From Nitrospiraceae bacterium (GTDB taxonomy: Bacteria > Nitrospirota > Nitrospiria > Nitrospirales > Nitrospiraceae): a DNA stretch of 48,358 bases. The stretch is taken from assembly GCA_037442105.1 (NCBI GenBank), contig JBBIQV010000001.1, forward strand, positions 124,001-172,358, written 5' to 3'. Under the pieces are notes generated by a model that made no database searches, was not told the origin of the DNA, and was given only the letters and a program-made list of their open reading frames with translations. Below, piece after piece: positions 41,037 through 48,358 of the stretch; positions within the stretch are counted from its first letter, which is position 1, and every line of letters begins with the position of its first letter. Both the position numbers and the translations under genes were made by a program.

Positions 41037-41686
41037 ATGAACAGCTCCATCAGATCTTCCGGTCGTTCGATGAACCACTCCGGTTGGCACGCGGCCATCT
41101 TGGCCCGGTTGCCCATGCCGTAACCCACAGCACAGACTCTGACCCCCGCATTGTGGCCTCCGTTGATATCGTTCGTACTGTCGCCGATGAGCACGGTCCG
41201 TTCCTTCGGCACGTTGAGCTGCTCCATCACGTGAAGCAACATCCCGGGTTCCGGCTTGAGGCCGAAACCGTTATCGCCTCCGACCACGCAGGCGAAGTAG
41301 TGGCGCCCCAGGCCGTTCAGAATGACGTTGGTGTACTCGATCGACTTGTTCGTCGCGACGGCCTTCCGCTTGTACGCGAAGTGGGCCAGCACCGGCTCAA
41401 TACCAGGGAAATAGCGGGTGCGGTCCAGACAGTGGGCGAGGTAGTGTCCGCGAAACACGCGCAGCGCCTCTTCGTACCGGGGTTGCGTCTCCTCGCCGAC
41501 GGCCAACCGCAGCAGCCGCTTCACGCCGTCCCCGACAAAGCCGAAGATTTCCGCTAACGGGCGCTGCGGCAACCCCAGTTCAGATAGTGTCAGGTTCACC
41601 GATTCGGCGATGTCCCACTTGGACTCGATCAACGTGCCGTCCAGATCGAAGATCAAAAGATCGACTTCGACTTTTCCCATTTTCAC
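41033..41686 (-). CDS. HAD hydrolase, phosphoglycolate phosphatase-like
   Basis: IFDLDGTLI, FVGDG, ATNK, KPEP, IGDS..DI and VGYG. Confidence 0.88.
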   Translation of the reverse strand: MKMGKVEVDLLIFDLDGTLIESKWDIAESVNLTLSELGLPQRPLAEIFGFVGDGVKRLLRLAVGEETQPRYEEALRVFRGHYLAHCLDRTRYFPGIEPVLAHFAYKRKAVATNKSIEYTNVILNGLGRHYFACVVGGDNGFGLKPEPGMLLHVMEQLNVPKERTVLIGDSTNDINGGHNAGVRVCAVGYGMGNRAKMAACQPEWFIERPEDLMELFI

Positions 41687-42249
41687 TTCACCCTTCGCAA
41701 TTCTTCCTGGAGCGAGGCCAACACGGCGCGACGCTCAGGATCGGCTTCTTGGAGCATGGAATGCCGCACATAATTGATGAGCCGTTTCGGTCCCACGTGC
41801 GGTGGCAGGACCGGCTCGACGATCCGCCACCGGTTCTTGACCGCCTTCACACGAACCCGCACCTGCTCGGTGATCGGTTCCGGACGGAAGCTGCCGGTCG
41901 TCAGGTACACGGACCCCAGCACCTGAAACTCCACCGGGATGACGACCTCCAGCTTGTTGACGACCTCCCATTGCTTGATGTCTTCCGGAACCGTAAAACT
42001 CTCGATCACCACCACGCGCCCCCACACCGGCTCGTCCTTCCAATTAATATACGGGAGCAGGGTGTCGAAACCAGCGGCGTCCAGGCGAACGCCTTTTGCG
42101 TCAAGGGACAGGTAGCGTTTGACGATCTCGGTCGGCGAATGGTCGAGCGCACCGGTTTGAGCCGACACGCCATCTGAAATAGCAAACACCACGAGCGCCA
42201 GACACAGGCACCTGACAACCCTCCGCTTTAGCTCGGTTCTCAAGGTCAT
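41683..42249 (-). CDS. Exported hypothetical protein
   Basis: Signal peptide (VSA-Q); stop overlaps the next start in the operon. Confidence 0.75.
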   Translation of the reverse strand: MTLRTELKRRVVRCLCLALVVFAISDGVSAQTGALDHSPTEIVKRYLSLDAKGVRLDAAGFDTLLPYINWKDEPVWGRVVVIESFTVPEDIKQWEVVNKLEVVIPVEFQVLGSVYLTTGSFRPEPITEQVRVRVKAVKNRWRIVEPVLPPHVGPKRLINYVRHSMLQEADPERRAVLASLQEELRRVK

Positions 42250-42279
42250 CTCTTCCGTCTCACACTTTCGCCTTTAGTC

Positions 42280-42371
42280 GGGGGGCTGAGCGGGNNNNNN
42301 NNNNNNNNNNNNTCCAGCGAGCACTTTCTGAAGTGCGGGCTGCGCGAGCACGGAGCCCCGCTCAGCCCCCC
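42280..42371 (+). repeat. Bulged-hairpin family, copy C (spans assembly gap)
   Basis: Outer stem GGGGGGCTGAGCGGG/CCCGCTCAGCCCCCC; after the Ns, TC-CAGC-GA-GCACTT-TCTG-AAGTGC-GG-GCTG-CGCG-A-GCA. Confidence 0.85.
42295..42312. other. Assembly gap (18 N)
   Basis: Run of n characters. Confidence 1.
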
Positions 42372-42376
42372 AACGC

Positions 42377-43828
42377 TCACCCCACCTCGTGGAGTTTCAT
42401 CACATTGGTTCCGCCGGGCTGCCCGGCGACCGTCCCGGAGAGCAGCACGATCCGTTGCCCGGCATCAGCGAGTTTCTCCTCTTTGAGGCGACGTTCGACC
42501 TCCAGGACCCGTTCATCCGGATTCTGGATGCGGGGCATCGTGTAAGGAATCACTCCCCAATACAGGGCCATGCGCCGTCTCACATCCTCGTGCGGCGTGA
42601 AGGCAACGATCGGCGCAGCGGGGCGCTGTTTCGACACCAGTCGAGCGGTCGTCCCCGATTCGCTGAACGCCACGATCGCCGTGGCACCGATTCCCGCTGC
42701 GGCCGAAGCCCCGGCCTCACACATGGCTTCCGGGATGGAACGGGCTTCCCGCTCCCGCCGCTCCCTGCGTCGAACCCGTGGCACAGCTTCCTCTTCGGCA
42801 GCTCGTACGATCCGATCCATCACGCGCACAGCCTCCACCGGATAACGGCCGGTCGCTGTTTCCGCCGACAACATCACCGCATCCGTGCCGTCGAAGACGG
42901 CGTTGGCCACATCGGACGCTTCAGCCCTCGTCGGGCGAGGATGTTCCGTCATGGACTCCAGCATCTGCGTCGCCGTGATGACGAGGCGGTGCCGGCGGTT
43001 GGCTTCGGTGATGATCCGCTTCTGGAAAATGGGCACACCTTCGGGTCCCATCTCCACGCCGAGATCTCCGCGCGCGATCATCACTCCGTCAGCCTCGGCC
43101 AGCAGATCGGGCAACGAAGCAATGGCTTCGGCCCGTTCGATTTTGGCGATGATGGGCTGATCGCCGCCGCAACCCGCCACCACCTGCCGGGCCGCCGCCA
43201 CATCCTTCGGGCCACGGACAAACGAGAGCGCCATATAGTCCACCCCCTGCACGACACCGAAGCGAATATCGTCGCGATCCTTGTCCGTCAGGGTCGGGGC
43301 GCTGATCGCCGTTCCCGGCAGATTGATCCCTTTATTGGAAGTCACATGCCCGCCGGCAAGCACGCGACACTCAACGGCCCCTCGCACAATGCTGACCACC
43401 GTCAGCTCGATGAGACCGTCGTCGATCAAAATTCGCGCGCCCGGTCTCACATCACGTGCGAGCTGAGGATAGGTCACAGGAATCTCGGTGCCGATGGAGG
43501 GCGTCACCGTCTGCGCGCCGATCTGTCCGCCGGAACGGAGCATGCCGCCGGTCAGCCTGACTCGCTGCTCCGGCACAAGCTCGATGCCGCCTTCCTGCAG
43601 CATCCCCACACGAATCCTGGGCCCCTGCAGGTCCTGAAGGATGGCCACCACCGCCTTCCGGCGCGCGGCCACTTCGCGGATGGTCTGGATCGCCAGCCGA
43701 TGGGTCTCTTGCGTGCCGTGTGAAAAGTTGAGCCGGGCGACATCCATACCCCCTTCGATGAGTTGGTCCACGAGACCGGGGGTACTGCTCGCCGGCCCGA
43801 TGGTACAGACGATCTTGGCTTTGCGCAT
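42377..43828 (-). CDS. pyk: Pyruvate kinase
   Basis: KIVCTIGPAS, RLNFSHG, DLQGPRIR, IAKIE, MIARGDLGVE, TQMLESM, PTRAE and MLSAETA. Confidence 0.97.
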   Translation of the reverse strand: MRKAKIVCTIGPASSTPGLVDQLIEGGMDVARLNFSHGTQETHRLAIQTIREVAARRKAVVAILQDLQGPRIRVGMLQEGGIELVPEQRVRLTGGMLRSGGQIGAQTVTPSIGTEIPVTYPQLARDVRPGARILIDDGLIELTVVSIVRGAVECRVLAGGHVTSNKGINLPGTAISAPTLTDKDRDDIRFGVVQGVDYMALSFVRGPKDVAAARQVVAGCGGDQPIIAKIERAEAIASLPDLLAEADGVMIARGDLGVEMGPEGVPIFQKRIITEANRRHRLVITATQMLESMTEHPRPTRAEASDVANAVFDGTDAVMLSAETATGRYPVEAVRVMDRIVRAAEEEAVPRVRRRERREREARSIPEAMCEAGASAAAGIGATAIVAFSESGTTARLVSKQRPAAPIVAFTPHEDVRRRMALYWGVIPYTMPRIQNPDERVLEVERRLKEEKLADAGQRIVLLSGTVAGQPGGTNVMKLHEVG

Positions 43829-44043
43829 GGAGAGAGTCGCCAGCCGTCAACCGTCATGCGTCAATCGACGAGGCACAGTTTCCTTCTGGATTCACGAGTG
43901 ACGGTTGACGGGTGACCAATGACGGATTTGGGCCTTCAGCGCATTCTAACACCGCCTTTTCGGGCTCGCAAAGATTCTCCGGGAACGATGGAAACCTCGC
44001 GTTGACCTTCCTCAGGATCACATGGTACGGTTCCGCAGGAACA

Positions 44044-44583
44044 ATGCCGAGCAAGAATCCATTGCAGTCCGCCAAATCTCCCTGGGCATACCTTCTCACC
44101 GTAAAAGAAAATCAGAAGTACGACACGGCCCTCACGATCCCCAACGGATTTACCCTTAAAGTTGCCAGAGGCGCGAAATGCAAAACCAAAGACGGCCTGT
44201 TCGCCGAATTTGCCCGCGCTCTTTCCTTTCCGGATTACTTCGGCCACGACTGGGATGCGCTCGAGGAATGCTTGGCCGATCTCGAATGGCTCCCCGCCAA
44301 AGGGTATGTGGTGATCGTAACCGACGCGGAGCAAGTCCTCGCCAAAGACAAAGAGGAATACCCGACCTTCATCGACATCCTCAACGACGCCGGCGAGAGC
44401 TGGAGTAGCCGCCAGGGCAACAGCGCCGCTCAGACCGGGGTTCCCTTTCACATAGTCCTCGTGGTATCGGAACGACACAAGTCCGCGCGGAAGAGCTTGC
44501 TGGTTCCTGCGCTCCAGTGCGAAGATACGCGAGGGCGGGCAACGCGCAACAACGTGTCGAAGATCAGATCCAAGGGGCGCTAA
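44044..44583 (+). CDS. Barstar-family protein
   Basis: LFAEFARALSFPDYFGHDWDALEECLADLEW. Confidence 0.88.
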   Translation: MPSKNPLQSAKSPWAYLLTVKENQKYDTALTIPNGFTLKVARGAKCKTKDGLFAEFARALSFPDYFGHDWDALEECLADLEWLPAKGYVVIVTDAEQVLAKDKEEYPTFIDILNDAGESWSSRQGNSAAQTGVPFHIVLVVSERHKSARKSLLVPALQCEDTRGRATRNNVSKIRSKGR

Positions 44584-44888
44584 TCAAAGGGGTTCTGTGG
44601 CCCTTCGAGCAACGCACGTTCCTCACGCCATCGGGCTTGCAAGACAGTGAAATGCGACGCACAGATGCCGTGCGTTTCGTGGGGATCGTCCATAGGCGCT
44701 TTCACACCAAGGACTGCCGGCTTCCCTTCTCGCTCGCACCAGGCGCAGATAATTGTCACGGCGTTTCACCACAGAATATGATCGGCGAGAGATTTTATGC
44801 AGCAAGAGTCGCGCCACCGCCGGCCCCATGCTCCTTTTCTCGGTTTCTTGACCCCCCCTAGAGGCCCATGTTACGGTTCGCCCCCGTT

Positions 44889-46172
44889 ATGAAGACGAGC
44901 CGATCCCAGCAACTCTTTACCGACGCCCAGCGGTACATTCCCGGCGGCGTCAACAGCCCGGTTCGGGCGTTCCGCTCCGTCGGCGGCCAACCGCTCTTCA
45001 TCAAGCGCGCCAAAGGGTCACGGCTCTATGACGCGGATGGCAACAGCTTCATCGACTATGTCCTATCCTGGGGACCGATGATTCTCGGCCACGCGCCGGC
45101 GCCGGTCATCAAGGCCATCGGTCGCGCAGCCGCCAACGGCACGAGCTACGGAGCACCGACCGAATTGGAAGTGCAGCTTGCCCGGATGATCCGCGAGGCC
45201 CTACCGTCGATGGAGAAGGTCCGGCTGGTCAGTTCCGGCACCGAGGCGGTCATGAGCGCCATCCGTGTGGCCCGTGCCTTCACCAAGCGCGACGCGATTC
45301 TCAAGTTCGAAGGCTGTTACCACGGCCACAGCGACTACCTGCTGGCAAAAGCGGGATCGGGCTTGGCCACGCTCGGCATTCCCGACTCGCCCGGCGTGCC
45401 GGCCGACTTCACCCGCCACACGCTGACAGCTCCCTACAACGACGTCCGCTCGGTGCAGCAACTCGTGAAAGAGCATCATGCGAAACTGGCCTGCATCATC
45501 GTTGAGCCCATCGCCGGCAATATGGGCGTGGTGCCGCCCGCTCCGGATTTTCTCCCCACGTTGAGGCAGCTCACCCAGGAGCACGGCATCCTGTTGATCT
45601 TCGACGAAGTCATCACCGGCTTCCGCGTGCTATATGGCGGGGCGCAGACACTCTATGGAGTCACCCCGGACCTCACCTGCTTGGGGAAAATTATCGGCGG
45701 AGGTTTGCCGGTGGGCGCCTACGGAGGCCGCAAAGAGATCATGGATTTGATCGCGCCGGCTGGTCCCGTGTATCAGGCGGGAACCCTGTCGGGGAATCCG
45801 TTGGCGGTGACCGCCGGCATTGAGACGCTGAAGCGACTGAAGGCACCAGGGGTCTACCGAAAGCTTGAAGAAGGCTCAGCGGCATTGGCGAAAGGGTTGG
45901 GGGAGGCAGCACGCAAAGCAGGGGTGAAGCTGTCGCAAACCAGGGTTGGCTCGATGCTGGGGGCTTTCTTCAAGAAGGGGCCAGTGGTGGACTGGGAATC
46001 GGCGAAACAGTCAGATACGAAAGCCTACGCAACCTTCTTTCACCGCATGCTCGTCAAGGGCGTCTATTTCGCCCCCTCCCAGTTCGAAGCGGCGTTTCTC
46101 TCAACCGCCCACACCCCCACGGACATCGAGCACACGATCCGCGCCGCGCGAGCCGCTTTCAAGAGCTTATAG
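44889..46172 (+). CDS. hemL: Glutamate-1-semialdehyde 2,1-aminomutase
   Basis: [54 protein letters not shown] and PSQFEA. Confidence 0.97.
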   Translation: MKTSRSQQLFTDAQRYIPGGVNSPVRAFRSVGGQPLFIKRAKGSRLYDADGNSFIDYVLSWGPMILGHAPAPVIKAIGRAAANGTSYGAPTELEVQLARMIREALPSMEKVRLVSSGTEAVMSAIRVARAFTKRDAILKFEGCYHGHSDYLLAKAGSGLATLGIPDSPGVPADFTRHTLTAPYNDVRSVQQLVKEHHAKLACIIVEPIAGNMGVVPPAPDFLPTLRQLTQEHGILLIFDEVITGFRVLYGGAQTLYGVTPDLTCLGKIIGGGLPVGAYGGRKEIMDLIAPAGPVYQAGTLSGNPLAVTAGIETLKRLKAPGVYRKLEEGSAALAKGLGEAARKAGVKLSQTRVGSMLGAFFKKGPVVDWESAKQSDTKAYATFFHRMLVKGVYFAPSQFEAAFLSTAHTPTDIEHTIRAARAAFKSL

Positions 46173-46196
46173 CAAATACCGGCCATAGGCTCTTGC

Positions 46197-46241
46197 GGCT
46201 GTATCGAAAAGGATTCGGCTCGTATCTGGCTCGATACAGCC
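46197..46241. terminator. Inverted repeat between convergent genes
   Basis: GGCTGTATCGA / TCGATACAGCC 11-bp stem; long loop and no U-tract. Confidence 0.35.
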
Positions 46242-46249
46242 CCTCTTCT

Positions 46250-46480
46250 CTATTCCTCATCCTCGTCATCGGCTTCTAATGCCTCCTGCCGCTTCTGCTC
46301 CTCCATCGCGTTGTTCAGAAGCATCCGGATGAACATCGAATAGAGCGAGCCTTTTTCGATGGTGCCTCCCGGCGGAACTGCGATCTTCCCTTCCTTTATC
46401 ATGCGGTCCATCCACGCCTTCTGATCGGGAGCGATCAGAATCGGGATCTCGACCAATCCAACTCGTCCGAACATATCCAT
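46250..46480 (-). CDS. Small hypothetical protein with acidic tail (possibly RHH-like)
   Basis: Strong GAGGAGG RBS; strand-helix-helix pattern ending SMFIRMLL. Confidence 0.75.
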   Translation of the reverse strand: MDMFGRVGLVEIPILIAPDQKAWMDRMIKEGKIAVPPGGTIEKGSLYSMFIRMLLNNAMEEQKRQEALEADDEDEE

Positions 46481-46527
46481 GGGATAATCCTCCTCTTACA
46501 AGCCTTTTACTTTCCTCATCTCCCCAA

Positions 46528-46631
46528 GTGAGCGGGGTGAGCGGTTTGCCTCTGAATTGCGCCCGTCGAGCGAGCACTTTCTGAAGTGCGGGCTCCGGGA
46601 GCACGGGAGGCGAACTGCTCACCCCGCTCAC
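46528..46631 (+). repeat. Bulged-hairpin family, copy D
   Basis: ~26-bp outer stem with three G-T pairs on the + strand; core TGC-G-CCCG-TC-GAGC-GA-GCACTT-TCTG-AAGTGC-GG-GCTC-CGGG-A-GCA. Confidence 0.9.
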
Positions 46632-46698
46632 CGCCCGTCATTTCAGCACGCGGTTTTTCAGGTTGTCAACGGACCCTTTCAGGAATGAAGAGCGTGGC

Positions 46699-47358
46699 AT
46701 GAACCCTGCGTGGTCGCTTCTCACGATGCAACGGTTCTCTTGCCTGCTATTGGCTGCTCGCTATTCGCTGCTCGCTTGTTTCATCGCAGTGACCACGCCT
46801 TTCCATGCGTCGGCCCAGATTGAACCGGACCGTCGCTCGACGCTGCCGACCTATCAGTTATCGCCCGGCACAACCCCACCAGTGGCCGCTTCTCCCGTTC
46901 CCTGTCAGACGTGTTGGCTTCCCCAACAGCGCGCCACGACCAACCTCCCTTATCACCGACGCCGAGGCCTCAAGGGCACGCACCCGCACAAACGGCCACG
47001 CGCCACGCATCGGCTGTCGCAACGGAGCTGGCGTTCGTTCTTGCCTCGATACGCGACGGAAAGCCTCACGAGACATGCAACCATCCTCGAAAGCCGGCAG
47101 ATTCGAGTCGTGGACGGGGATACGTTTCGCTACGGATTCCAACGCATCCGCATTCGAGGCATCGACGCACCGGAGCTGTCAGAACCGGGAGGCCTGAACG
47201 CAGCCAAGCGGCTGGAAGCACTGCTCACGCAAGGATCCGTGCACATGATCCCTCGCGGCAAGGATGTTTACGATCGCCTGGTGGCGGATGTTTTCATCGA
47301 TGGACAAAATGTCGCGGAGCTACTCGCAAGAGAAGGCTATGCGAAGCCTCGGCAATGA
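46699..47358 (+). CDS. Thermonuclease (SNase) family protein, probably exported
   Basis: RVVDGDTF, RIRIRGIDAPE, DVYDRLVADV and LAREGYA; start codon uncertain. Confidence 0.85.
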   Translation: MNPAWSLLTMQRFSCLLLAARYSLLACFIAVTTPFHASAQIEPDRRSTLPTYQLSPGTTPPVAASPVPCQTCWLPQQRATTNLPYHRRRGLKGTHPHKRPRATHRLSQRSWRSFLPRYATESLTRHATILESRQIRVVDGDTFRYGFQRIRIRGIDAPELSEPGGLNAAKRLEALLTQGSVHMIPRGKDVYDRLVADVFIDGQNVAELLAREGYAKPRQ

Positions 47359-47387
47359 GCGCCAGGGCGATGGGACTTTGTAGGACC

Positions 47388-48358
47388 ATGACACGGGGCC
47401 CCATTGAGATCAAACCAGGCGAGGCGGGACGGCTGATCCTGGTCTTGCCCTATACGCTGGGGCGCGTGGCCAAGATCAAGAGCGTCGATGGTCGCCGCTG
47501 GCATCAGCAAGAGAAGCATTGGACGGTTCCCCACACCGATGGAGCTCTCGCCTACCTGCTGGCCCTCTTTGCCGACGAGCCGGTCAAGGTGGACGCTTCG
47601 CTTCGTCCGCCGAACACCCACGCCGATCGCGAGTCATCCCACGAGCCGGTGAGACCTCACGCCTTGGCGACGAGTCCCGAACTCCTGGACCAGGTACGAC
47701 GCGCCATGCGGACACGGCATTACAGCCCCAGAACTGAGGAAACCTACGCAGGCTGGATCAAGCGATTCATCTTCTTCCACAACAAACGGCATCCGGCGGA
47801 GATGGGCGAGCAAGAGATTGCCCGGTTTCTGTCCAGCCTTGCGACCGAGTCTCACGTTAGCGCGTCAACCCAGAATCAAGCCTTCAACGCGATTCTGTTT
47901 CTTTATCAGGAAGTGCTGCAGAGAAAAATCGGTCTGATTGAAGGTGTCGTTCGCGCCAAAGGACATAGGCGCGTGCCGGTTGTCCTTACAAAAGAAGAAG
48001 TTCAGCGGCTTCTGGCCTCCTTGGAGGGGCCTCCGTGGTTAATGGCCATGCTTCTGTATGGCGCTGGGCTGCGGCTCATGGAGTGTTGTCGTCTGAGAGT
48101 CAAAGATATCGACTTCTCCAAATACCAGATTGTGGTTCGGGCGGGAAAGGGCGACAAAGACCGGCACACGATGCTTCCAGGTGCAGTGACAGAACTCCTC
48201 CTCCGACACTTGCAGGCCATGAAACGCCAGCATGAAGAGGATCTCAAGGCAGGAGTGGGGCGCGTCAGTTTACATAACGCGCTGGAGCGAAAGTACCCGA
48301 GCGCCGGCAGAGAATGGGGATGGCAGTGGGTGTTTCCGGCAACCAGCCATTACACCGA
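47388..48358 (+). CDS. intI: Integron integrase, partial, with ~95-aa N-terminal extension
   Basis: Hand-translated, open to window end: LLDQVR..MRTRHYSPRTEETY..WIKRF, VSASTQNQA, LLYGAGLRLMEC.RLRVKD, GKGDKDR and the IntI-specific insert ALERKYP.AGREWGWQWVFPA. Confidence 0.93.
   Translation, partial: MTRGPIEIKPGEAGRLILVLPYTLGRVAKIKSVDGRRWHQQEKHWTVPHTDGALAYLLALFADEPVKVDASLRPPNTHADRESSHEPVRPHALATSPELLDQVRRAMRTRHYSPRTEETYAGWIKRFIFFHNKRHPAEMGEQEIARFLSSLATESHVSASTQNQAFNAILFLYQEVLQRKIGLIEGVVRAKGHRRVPVVLTKEEVQRLLASLEGPPWLMAMLLYGAGLRLMECCRLRVKDIDFSKYQIVVRAGKGDKDRHTMLPGAVTELLLRHLQAMKRQHEEDLKAGVGRVSLHNALERKYPSAGREWGWQWVFPATSHYT

Noticed and set aside
31532..46631. Hairpin family as CRISPR repeats, canonical attC sites or plain terminators
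   Set aside because: Not arrayed with spacers and no cas genes; no RYYYAAC/GTTRRRY boxes; no U-tract, and invariant bulges are not a terminator feature.
47519..48247. Short ORFs listed at the window end
   Set aside because: Alternative frames of intI, which the track omitted because it has no stop in the window.

Overview
GC-rich bacterial chromosome segment; gene content and protein style suggest Nitrospira/Nitrospirota (inference, not searched). The housekeeping backbone comprises tRNA-His, pyrF, rpsT, holA-lptE-leuS, der, an M20 dipeptidase, an M16 peptidase pair, a gph-like HAD enzyme, pyk and hemL. Two accessory patches interrupt it. (i) ~20.9-27.1 kb holds an orphan AbrB antitoxin, OMP and PEGA-lipoprotein genes beside a solo C-like regulator with a C-box array, hicBA, and a C-R-M module of the BsoBI/AvaI type bracketed by a diverged 106-bp duplicate of the M20 gene 3' end. 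(ii) ~35-37.8 kb holds an orphan HTH antitoxin and an Eco29kI-like GIY-YIG restriction gene frameshifted in a G7 tract, with its amino-methyltransferase. The window ends inside an integron integrase, missed by the ORF track, that carries an N-terminal HARP-like extension. The most striking unexplained signal is a dispersed family of five co-oriented intergenic hairpins. Their outer stems are unrelated, but they share a covarying core with fixed mismatches and a bulge (TGC-G-N4-TC-N4-GA-GCRC / GYGC-GG-N4-N4-A-GCA), and most sit just past stop codons. 6-8-nt periodic repeats also mark many gene boundaries. All calls come from motif recognition by eye; no database searches were run.
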